This document shows, in pieces, positions 10,019 to 19,771 of a stretch of 22,942 bases of DNA. Origin of the DNA: Octopus sinensis (lineage: Eukaryota); NCBI RefSeq assembly GCF_006345805.1, contig NW_021836686.1:1-22942 (forward strand), given 5' to 3'. The number at the start of each line of letters is the position of its first letter. The first letter of the stretch is position 1. The notes under the pieces are model-generated. The model was given only the letters and a program-made list of their open reading frames with translations, searched no databases and was not told the origin of the DNA. The translations under genes were made by a program, and so were the position numbers.

Positions 10019-10250
10019 AAGATGCCAATAAGGACCTTCGAAGTTTAAATATGGCCGTCTTCGCGGAAGATATTGCACACAGCATTTTATCAACAGTAAA
10101 TGACGAACTTAATAGAGGTAGCTTTATCATTACGTTCGCTTGTGTTTCTTAAGGCAACCGTTTCCCATTTAGACAGAAGTCTATCAGCTATTTTTCGTAT
10201 TTACTCGAAATCCCGAAAGACTGAAAGCCACAAAGAGAAAGATAAACAAA

Positions 10251-10412
10251 TAGGCGCAGGAGTTGCTGTGTGGTAAGTAGCTCGCTTACTAACCACATGG
10301 TTCCGGGTTCAGTCCCACTGCGTGGCACCTTGGGCAAGTGTCTTCTACTATAGCCTCAGGCCGACCAAAGCCTTGTGAGTGGATTTGGTAGACGGAAACT
10401 GAAAGAAGCCCG

Positions 10413-10449
<37 letters not shown>

Positions 10450-10649
10450 TGTGTTTGTCCCCCAAACATCACTTGATAACCGATGCTGGTGTGTTTACGT
10501 CTCCGTAACCTAGCGGTTCGGCAAAAAAAGTGTCCGACAGAATAAGTACTAGGCTTACAAAGAATAAGTCCTTGTGTCGATTTGCTCGACTAATGGCGAT
10601 GCTCCAGCATGGCCACAGTCATATGACTGAAACAAGTAAAAGAGTAAAA
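10251..10649 (+). mobile_element. CORE-like SINE, full length
   Basis: Same family as 4871-5277. Internal (GT)n. Probable TSD AGATAAACAAATA/AGATAAATAAATA. Confidence 0.9.
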
Positions 10650-12239
10650 TAGATAAATAAATAAATAAAAAAGACAAAAGAAAGAACAAAATGAAAGTAG
10701 ATTGTTGAAAAATCAGGTGGGGGGGAGCGGAGAGAGAGCAACTGAGATGGTGGCGGCGGTGGAGGCAGAACATGAACAACAACAAAAAAAGAAGAGGAAA
10801 AGGTAGTGCACGTGAGGTGTTACAAAGTTTTTTTTAAGACAGAAAGTGGAAAAGAAAGAAAAGACGAAGGGAATAGAGATGTATCAGAAAGAGAACAAAA
10901 GTTCAGAGAGAAGCAATGATAGTCTTAAGTAGGGAAATAGAGAAAGATAAAGACGTATATTTAGAGGCATAGTTTTTCCAAGGACTCCTTTCTCAATGGA
11001 AAATGATAATTGTTAATCTCTTTCCCAACCGATAACATTTACCATCGCTTCATTTACATGTATTTTCATTAAACCATCCATTTACTCATTTGCTCGCTCA
11101 TCTTATATATTTATTCTCTTATTTTTCTTTCATTTCTGTTCTACTGTGTTTGCAGCCGATCTATTATATTGTTTCTTTTTGACAAATTAACATACGAATT
11201 TGAAATTCTCCATTTATCATTGCAATTTATTTATTGTTCCGAAATACGAAACAAAGCAAAAAAAAACGAAACAAAACGAAACGAAATTAAAAAAAAAAAA
11301 AAGAAATCGCTAAATATAGAAATGTATAAAAAAGCAAAAAAGCGAAACTAAACTGGAGCCCGAACCAAACAAAGAATAATGGGGAAATGTAACGGAACAA
11401 CACTGAAACAAAATTCAGTGAAATTCAAAAGACAAAAATGAAAATAAAAGCCTATACAACAAAATGAAACAATTGTATCAATGTTCATCAAATTTTCACT
11501 TGGTATTATGCCTCTGAAGAAATAACTTCCACAAACACTTATCTACGTGTCTTAATTTCTCTACCTCCATGTCGTTCTCTGATCTACGTCTTCACACTTT
11601 TATTGTCTTTTTCCCCCCTTTATCTTCCCACTATAATTCTTTCCTTCTCTCTCTCTTTCCCTTCCTAAATTTGCTCTACAAAACTTCTTTCTGCCTCTCT
11701 CTCATTTTCTCCTTCAATCCGTATCTCACTTTTATCGGCATTTGTACCCCACCGCCTCTCTCCCTCATATTACCTTTCTCTTTTAATCTCTAACAACTCT
11801 CTCCAACACCAATTTTCACTCTCTATATCACCTTCTTCGTTTATCTCCCTTCCTCCTAACTCTCCTCACATTCATATTCAAATTAGCAATCGCAACAACC
11901 GACTGTTCCCTCCTGCTTAGTTTCAACAATCTTTCCTCTTCGTTCGACTTCTTTCCATTTCCTCATCCAAATTCCCAATCTTCCTCTCTTCTCTGGCATC
12001 ACATGTTCCTACGTTTGCTTCAGATCTCAACATAATTGCATTTCCGGAATTTTACAACTGATTTTGTCTGTCGGTCTTTCAGTCTGTCTGCTCGTCCTTC
12101 TGTCTATCTTTCGCTCCTCCTTTCTCTCCTTATTTATGTATCTATCTATTTCTCCAGTTGATGTGTCTATCTAATCTATCTGTCTACTTTTCTACCTATT
12201 TCCCTATCTACCTTCCTGCTTACCTCTCTCTCTTTCTCT

Positions 12240-12249
12240 CTCCCTCTCT

Positions 12250-12284
<35 letters not shown>

Positions 12285-12356
12285 ATATATATATATATAT
12301 ATATCGATCTATCTATCTGTCTAATTTTCTGCCTATTTACCTATGTACCTTTCTGT

Positions 12357-12395
<39 letters not shown>

Positions 12396-12509
12396 CTATC
12401 TATCTATCTATCTGTCTGTCTGTCCTGTCTGTGTCTGTCTATCTATCTGTCTGTCTATCTATCTGTCTGTCTGTCTGTCTATCTATCTGTCTGTCAATCT
12501 ATCTGTCTG

Positions 12510-12569
<60 letters not shown>

Positions 12570-12650
12570 ATTACATATCTATCTACTTACTTACCTATCT
12601 ACCAACTTACCTGCCTATCTAATAACTTACCTACCTACCTATCTACTTCT
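12240..12650. repeat. Compound (CT)/(AT)/(CTAT)/(CTGT)/(ACCT)n microsatellite
   Basis: Direct inspection. Confidence 0.95.
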
Positions 12651-12945
12651 CTATCTGATTGGATTTATTAGCTTTAAACTGTTGTCTGCTTCACAATTTT
12701 AGATTAATTGTTCTGCATTCACCGGATCTTCTTCGAAGCAGAATAAATAACATAAGAATAAATATATATACTACAAAGAAAAATGTTTCCTCAGCAAAGT
12801 CGCAACTATCTGCTGTCGCTGAGATGTCGAACGTCTGAATGAAGGTTCAAGTTTCATACCACAGGTTCAAATTTCGTATACAGCTTTCATTGGATCAGTC
12901 AACCGTTGTAAATTAGTCCCAATAAAGAGTAAGCCCGTTATTTAA

Positions 12946-13093
12946 CTGAGGTATGGACAACTTTTTTTCTGAGAAGCGGGTCGCATGAGATATGGCTCGA
13001 TATCAGGCGGGCCGAGCTACTAAAATATTCGCGATAATTTTTCATTAAGCGTGCTATTCAGAAAGTCCCGCGAGCCGCAGTTTTCCTATGATT
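12946..13093. mobile_element. Possible old hAT-type MITE remnant
   Basis: GAGGTATGGACAACT...GCGGGTCGCATG...GGCGGGCCG...GCGAGCCGCAGTTTTCC resembles degenerate hAT MITE termini. No TSD seen. Confidence 0.3.
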
Positions 13094-13166
13094 GATTTAA
13101 TTGGTTGCTCCGTTCGGCACAAAGTCACACGTATTAGTTTCCAATTCTGGCACAAGGCCAGCAATT

Positions 13167-13807
13167 GGATCTTTTCGGTTTGAACGGCAGTTTTTTCTAG
13201 CGGTGTCATATGAAATTGTCACCCATAATTATGACCCTAGAATCGATCTATTGCATTTTAATCTCTTTTAGGGTTAGGGTTATTTAGGGTTAGTTAGGGT
13301 TATTTAGGGTTAGTTAGGGTTAGTTAGGGTTAGGGTTAGGGTTAGGGGTGGAGGAAGGGTATCTTTTTTTTCTTCACAAATGTAAATAAACCCAATCTGT
13401 TTCTTAAACGAGGGACATATTCATACGGCACAGAATGCTTTTTAACTCAACAGACGTCACTGATTGGTTGAAATTGCAGAAATTGAAGAAAAAAAACAAC
13501 AAATATCTTACAAACTATAGAATTTTCTCAATAAATTACGGAGATGTACTCGCATAGCAAGTAATTTGATCTGAGATCGTGTGCTGAAACGATAACAATT
13601 GCAGCGTGGAAGGTGTTTATAAGCCATTTAAGAAACACTTAAGTGTTTCTTAAATGGCTTATAAACACCTTCCACGCTGCAATTGGTTTCTCAATAAAGC
13701 CAAGAGAAAAATATGTTTTATAACACATTCTACCAGTATACGAAGTTAAAAATTTTTTAGTTACCTAGAAATTATGTTAAAAACTGCCGTTCAAACCGAA
13801 AAGATCC
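13167..13807. mobile_element. MITE, Merlin-like (copy 3) with longest TTAGGG tract and a nested insert
   Basis: Perfect 29-bp TIRs. Perfect TSD CAGCAATT (13159-13166 / 13808-13815). Confidence 0.92.
13536..13686 (-). mobile_element. 151-bp insert with perfect 90-bp palindrome (probable Penelope-like fragment with inverted tail)
   Basis: Absent from MITE copies 1 and 2. Flanked by a 12-bp direct repeat TTTCTCAATAAA (13524-35 / 13687-98). Palindrome at 13596-13685. Confidence 0.65.
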
Positions 13808-13948
13808 CAGCAATTTTGGAAGAGGTAAGTTGATTACATTGAATCCAGTGCTCAACTGTTACTAATTTTATCGATCTTCAAACGATGAAAGGCAAAGTCG
13901 GCCACGGCGGCATTTGAACTCAGAACGCTAAGCATTTCGCCCGGCAAG

Positions 13949-14305
13949 CTGGGAGATCAACATATTATCATGAAAGAAAGAGAAAACGTTGATAAATATA
14001 GAGACCTGAGAATTGAGATCGCTAAGATGTGGCGGCTACGAGAGTCGATCATAAAGGTTATTCCTCTTGTCATCGGAGCGGGTTCAATACCACCCAATCT
14101 GAAAAAAACATCTGAAAGCCTTAGAGATACCCTACAATCTACATGTACTTCAAAAGTCGGCATCACCTGGAACTGCATGCATATTGCGTAAAGTACTGTG
14201 TGTCTGAGGCCCTTATTTGTCAGTTGCGGCTGACGATACATGCTTCACTGATCACGAGCAGAAGTAGTGGGGGAGCATCATAACCATGTGTTGAGAGGAA
14301 TTCTT
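13949..14305 (+). pseudogene. 3' fragment of an R4/Dong-like (RLE-type) non-LTR retrotransposon
   Basis: GDQHIIMKERENVDKYRDLRIEIAKMW...KVIPLVIGAGSIPP, then after a frameshift HLKALEIPYNLHVLQKSASPGTACILRKVL* (stop 14205-14207). Matches the PD-(D/E)xK restriction-like endonuclease C-terminus. Putative 3' UTR follows. Confidence 0.8.
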
Positions 14306-14733
14306 TGTCCTTGTTTGTCCCCTCTATGTTTAGCCCCTTGTAGGTAATAAAGAAACAGGTATTTCGTCTACCGTTACATTCTGAGTTCAAATTCCACCGA
14401 GGTCGACTTTGCCTTTCATCCTTTCGGGGTCGATAAAATAAGTACCAGTTACGCTCTGGGGTCGATATAATCGACTTAATCCGTTTGTCTGTCCTTGTTT
14501 GTCCTCCTCTCTGTGTTTAGCCCCTTGTGGGTAGTAAAGAAATAGGTATTTCGTCTGTCGTTACGTTTTGAGTTCAAATTCCGCCGAGGTCGACTTTGCC
14601 TTTCATCCTTTCGTGGTCAATAAATTAGTACCAGTTACGCACTGGGGTCGATATAATCGACTTAATCCGTCTGTCTGTCCTTGTTTGTCCTCTCTGTGTT
14701 TAGCACCTTGTGGGCAGTAACGAAATAGGTATT
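14306..14733 (+). mobile_element. Family A SINE multimer: partial unit + 2 full units + GGTATT
   Basis: Units 14358-14544 (187 bp) and 14545-14727 (183 bp). Junctions AAAGAAA(C/T)A|GGTATTTC. Confidence 0.9.
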
Positions 14734-15166
14734 GTTTGTGGTCTAGTAGTTTCTCTGATGGAATATCTGTCATTCGGAAACCTTTTCTTCTTATTTCCCA
14801 GAAAAAAATATCTTAATTCTTCTAAATCTTGCTTTGATCTTTTTATTAGATGTTTTTTTTCTCCTTTTGCTCTTTTCTTTTGTAAGCCCCCACCCCCAGC
14901 AAACTTAAGTAGCTGCTTAAGATCCGGTTTTACTGCATATTACTTGACGCCTTGCTGGAAGTGGCTTCCAATAAAAAATAAAACAGATTATAACTTGTAT
15001 GTCTTAGAAGCAGCAAAAGGATTCAGTTCTGTAAAACATGACACATTATAAAATTTTCCATGAAAGGCCGTTATTAAAATTTCCTAACTCTCTCTCTCTC
15101 ACTCACTCGCCCACTCTCTCTCTCTCTCTCACACACACATACATACAGTTACAAAACCCAGACAAA

Positions 15167-15506
15167 TAGGTGCAGGAGTGGCTGTGTGGTAAGTAGCTTG
15201 CTAACCAACCACATGGTTCCGGGTTCAGTCCCACTGCGTGGCATCTTGGGCAAGTGTCTTCTGCTATAGCCCCGGGCCGACCAACGCCTTGTGAGTGGAT
15301 TTGGTAGACGGAAACTGAAAGAAGCCTGTCGTATATATGTATATATATATATATACTTTATTTAAAGCAGCAGAAAATTCAACAAAACCTGTTACTCTCT
15401 GTTTGTTGAATTTTCTGCTGCTTTAAATAAAGCATATTACTCTAACCACTGGTATTTGAGTACTCTTTTTTCCACCTTGTTTCACATTTATGTGTTTACT
15501 ACGTCC

Positions 15507-15544
<38 letters not shown>

Positions 15545-15776
15545 GTGTGTGGTGTGTGTGTGTGTGTGTGTCTGTGTTTGTCCCCCTAGCATTGCTTGAC
15601 AACCGAGCTGTGGTGTGTTTACGTCCCCGTCACTTAGCGGTTCGGCAAAAAGACCGATAGAATAAGTACTGGGCTTACAAAGAATAAGTCCCGGGGTCGA
15701 TTTGCTCGACTAAAGGCGGTGCTCCAGCATGGCCGCAGTCAAATGACTGAAACAAGTAAAAGAGTAAAAGAGTAAA
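15167..15776 (+). mobile_element. CORE-like SINE, full length, with a nested insert in its internal (TA)n
   Basis: A/B boxes, CORE-like segment and (GAGTAAAA)n tail. Confidence 0.9.
15356..15510 (+). mobile_element. ~155-bp fold-back insert (probable Penelope-like fragment)
   Basis: 31-bp perfect inverted arms 15356-15386 / 15402-15432 with a 15-bp spacer. Embedded in (TA)n. Absent from other copies of this SINE. Confidence 0.6.
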
Positions 15777-16072
15777 TACATACATGCATATACACACACG
15801 CACCAACATACAACATGAACACATATGCTATGCATAAACATGGGTACATATACTGAGGGTGACACAGAATATTCAGGTACACCCACATAGATACACCGAT
15901 AAATAAACATACCTGCACAAACACCACACATGCACACACATACACATACACGAATACATACACACTACACGTACATACACATGTTCCCACATGCGTATAG
16001 ACATACATAAACACACACACACACATGCACACACACATACACACTTACACACACACACACACGTATATATGT

Positions 16073-16174
16073 TCTTTTATTGTTTCAATCATTTCACTGC
16101 GGCCATGCTGGAGCACCACCTTTAGTCGAACAAATCGACCCCAGGACCTGTTCTATCGGTCTATTTTGCCGAAC
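16073..16174 (-). mobile_element. CORE-like SINE 3' end fragment
   Basis: GCGGCCATGCTGGAGCACCACC...TTCTATCGGTCTATTTTGCCGAAC. Confidence 0.85.
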
Positions 16175-16357
16175 GGTATTTCGTCTGCCGCTACGTTCTG
16201 AGTTCATTTTCCGCTGAAGTCGACTTTGCCTTTCATCCTTTCGAGGTCGATTAAATAAGTACCAGTTACGCACTCGGGTCGATATAATCAACCTAATCCC
16301 TTTGTCTGTCCTTGTTTGCCGCCTCTATGTTTGCCCCTTATGGGCAATAAAGAAATA
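16175..16357 (+). mobile_element. Single headless family A unit (183 bp)
   Basis: Starts at GGTATTTC and ends at AATAAAGAAATA, the same boundaries as array units. Confidence 0.9.
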
Positions 16358-16360
16358 TAG

Positions 16361-16392
<32 letters not shown>

Positions 16393-16661
16393 GATAGATA
16401 GATAGATAGATGATGATAGGATAGATAGATAGATGGATGGGGATGGATGGATGTAGATGATGATGGATGGATGATGGATAGATGGATGGATAGATGCATA
16501 GATAGATAGATAGATAGATGATAGATAGATAGATAGATAGATGATAGATAGATGGATGGATGGATAGATGAATAGATAGATATAGATAGATGATGGATGG
16601 ATGATGGATAGATGATAGATAGATAGATAGATAGATAGATGTAGATAGATGATAGTAGATA
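16358..16661. repeat. (GATA/GATG)n microsatellite
   Basis: Direct inspection. Confidence 0.95.
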
Positions 16662-17560
16662 TGTTTCTTTATTAGCCACACAGGGCTGCACGCAGACAGG
16701 ACAAATTACAAGCTAGAGCTTTTCTTTTGGGGGTAAAAAAAGGGGTTTGGTTTTTCGATCAAAAGGGATCGTAAAGGGAAAGAAAGAGGACAAAAAAGGG
16801 GGAATAAAATTTAAAAAAAAGGGGGGGGAATAAAAATGGAAAGGAAAAAAAATTGATCAATAGGGATCGTTATCACAGAAATGTCAATATGAAGTGTAAA
16901 GGGGAGGACAGGTGAGGTTTACCCGTGGAAAGAAAAGCCTACGGAAAAGACCACGGTAACCTCGGTCAATGAAGTCACATGTTATATTTCCTTTTTTTTT
17001 TTGCAAATAAGCAACTCTCTGTATTAATTTTTGCGGTTCATAGAATCATAGTCAAGGTGGCTTCGTCATTCATACGTGCCATCCTTGCTACATTCACCCA
17101 TCTTTTTTTAAAACATTCACTAGACAAAACTTGCCTCTCTACTCTCACTTTCCTCTTCAAGTGATACTTGAAGGAGTTGATGAGAGATTGACCGGAGAGG
17201 AAAGTGTTTGTCTCTAATCCTTTCAGGCGCGTCCACCAGATACATTCTTTCGCCATAGCCACAAGTATGATAAAAATAGCTCTTCCTTCCCGTTTGAAGG
17301 AAGGAGTTGTGACAATATTGATGATAGACTCGACTGATAAACCGACTCGTCCCACACGTGACAGCAGTTGTTCGACAAAAGCCCACAGGTTGGAAATTGT
17401 TGGACACTGCACGAGTGCGTGCAGAACGGTTTCGTCGCTCTGACCTCATCTCGGGCAGGTCGGCCCCGTGTTTCTCGAGCCGTGTCTGTAGAGCTTATCC
17501 CGAACAGGTAATGCTTCTCGGTAGCACTGCCATGCCAGGGATCTCTGGAAGTTGTTGTGG

Positions 17561-17562
<2 letters not shown>
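16662..17562 (-). mobile_element. 5'-truncated Tx1/L1-clade LINE (ORF2 C-terminus + 3' UTR)
   Basis: One frame from ~17557 to the stop at 17038: NFQRSLAWQCYREALPVRDKLYRHG...TCPR*GQSDETVLHALVQCP (zf-RVT CCHC, one Cys codon now TGA at 17446-48)...AMAKECIWWTR...LKRKVRVER...FKKRW. 3' UTR ends AATAAAGAAACA. Confidence 0.85.

Positions 17563-17640
<78 letters not shown>
17563..17640. repeat. Pure (GATA)n
   Basis: Direct inspection. Confidence 0.95.
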
Positions 17641-17772
17641 CCGTTTCAAATATCATCTCAGTAGCGGCCAGTGAGAGCGCCAGACACATTTCGGTCTTAA
17701 TAGTTGACATCTTTTGATATTCACAGGGCAGAAATTTCCTTGTGTGAATTTAAAATGAAGACTCAATTAGTT

Positions 17773-17860
17773 GTACAAATAGTACAGACCAACAGTACAA
17801 TAGTACAATAGTACAAACCAACAGTACAATAGTACAATAGTACAAACCAACAGTACAATA
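17773..17860. repeat. 29-bp minisatellite built from 8-bp AGTACAAT sub-repeats
   Basis: CCAACAG recurs at 17789, 17818 and 17847. Confidence 0.9.
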
Positions 17861-17861
17861 G

Positions 17862-18024
17862 AGGCGCGGGCGTGGCTGAATGGTAAGAAACTCACTTTTC
17901 AACCACGCGATTCCGGGTTCAGTTACACTGCGTGGTACCTTGGCCAAACGCCTTCTCCTATAGTCTCGGGCCGAACAGAGCCTTGTGAGTGGATTTGCTA
18001 GACGGAAACTGAGAGAAGTCCATC

Positions 18025-18071
<47 letters not shown>

Positions 18072-18327
18072 CGTGCGCGTGCGTGTGTGTATGTGTGTGT
18101 ATGTGTGTGTATATGTGCGTGTGTATGTGTGTTTGTGTTTGTGTGTATGTGTGTGTGTTTGTGTGTGTGTGTGTGTATGTGTGTATGTGTGTGTGTTTGT
18201 ATGTGTGTATGTGTGTGTGTGTGTGTGTGTGTGTAGTGTGTGTGTATGTGCGTGTGTGTGTGTGTGTGTGTGTGATACTTGCTTGACAACGAGTGCTACT
18301 ATGTTTTCGTCCCGTAACCCAGCGGTT
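17862..18327 (+). mobile_element. Older CORE-like SINE with ~245-bp internal (GT)n, 3'-truncated
   Basis: Diverged A/B boxes and CORE-like segment. The 3' motif CCCGTAACCCAGCGGTTC is present. Confidence 0.8.
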
Positions 18328-18789
18328 CATGGTAGCCTCGCTTGTCTCTTTGGTATTTTGTAGATTCAATATTGGCTTGTTTTTAGTAATATCAAATAGC
18401 CTTTGGGTAAGGAAGAATTGTAATTGACTGCATGAAGCCCTTTATTGTAGTAGAGACGCAAGGGTGGTGCATAAGCTGAGTCGATGGCGTGTTGACATAA
18501 AGCGCATGACATTTAGATACATCCGGTAAAGCAACTACACCACTTTACCGGAAGTAGATTGGACGAGGATACTTTACGTCGGCATGCACAGAGAGGGAGA
18601 TGGAGAAACACTACAAGGCACTACAAGTCTACAAAATTTATAAAGATTTCAAATAAGAAAAATAAGTGTTCAAGCAAAGATTATAACAATTCAAATGTTC
18701 AGGATTTTTTCCTCTCATATCTCCGTTGAAGTTCTTCTTCTTTTGTTTCCAGGCTTTCAGATAGCAGCCATAATTAAATTAGAGCGTGT

Positions 18790-18791
18790 GC

Positions 18792-18829
<38 letters not shown>

Positions 18830-18866
18830 TCATATATATACGTACATCCATACATACATACATACA

Positions 18867-18913
<47 letters not shown>

Positions 18914-19126
18914 TATATTAATATATATATATATTATATATAATATATATATATATATATAATATATAAATATTAGATAAAAAACACCTTTTATCAATTC
19001 AAAATGAATAATTAAATTACACCATCTAAAATTACATATAATAGAAAAGTTAAAATTAAAATAATTAAAAAGTAAAGATTAAGTAAATTACAAAAATAAT
19101 GTAATGTATATATAGGTATATAATGT

Positions 19127-19199
<73 letters not shown>

Positions 19200-19257
19200 T
19201 ATATATATATATAGATATATATATATATATATTATATGTATATATATATATATATAT

Positions 19258-19291
<34 letters not shown>

Positions 19292-19340
19292 ACATATACA
19301 TACATACATACATATATACATACATACATACATACATACA
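18790..19340. repeat. Compound (TA)n/(AG)n/(CATA)n tract with AT-rich spacer
   Basis: Direct inspection. Confidence 0.9.
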
Positions 19341-19771
19341 TAACTCAGGTTTGACTTATACAGAATTATCGTCTTCTTCTGATTGTCGTCTTCACAATGA
19401 TGCATGGCGTTCGTCGTTTGATAATGATGCTAAATAAAGGTTAATAAGAGTGTAAGATAGACTGATGGAGCCCAGAAAATAATAATGAGATGACGGTAGC
19501 TAGAAAAACGATATAGTAATGAGATAAAAGATAACAGGGGGAAAAAAATAATAGATACAACGAGGTAAGGTAGCTAAAAGAGACGTTGATAACTACTATA
19601 CAGTGATCCGATGTTGAGATAACAGACAGCAGCAATTAGAAAAATCTTGTAATGAAATAAAAAGAAAGATAACAAATGAAGGAAGAATGCAGTTTTAAAG
19701 ATAATGGCAATAACAGCACGAATAATAAAATATTGAGAGGTGATAGAAGATAGAAACGTTGGAAAAGGACA

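Larger units (their letters stand above)
13132..13945 (-). mobile_element. Family A-related SINE with a different 3' tail, split by MITE copy 3
   Basis: ATGAAAGGCAAAGTCGGCCACGGCGGCATTTGAACTCAGAAC matches family A. The tail continues across the MITE TSD CAGCAATT. Confidence 0.75.

Noticed and set aside
13268-13347. True telomere or chromosome fusion site
   Set aside because: The TTAGGG tract lies inside a TIR/TSD-bounded MITE present in three copies.
14752-14790. Second hammerhead (CTGATGG...GGAAAC)
   Set aside because: The core is CTGATGG rather than CTGANGA, and no stem III or NUH site follows.
18522-18552. 10-bp hairpin TCCGGTAAAG/CTTTACCGGA as a Helitron 3' end or terminator
   Set aside because: No CTRR terminus at the expected distance, far from the helicase relic, and bacterial-type terminators are not relevant here.
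19346-19437. Terminal exon [29 protein letters not shown]
   Set aside because: The acceptor lacks a pyrimidine tract and the peptide has no recognisable homology.
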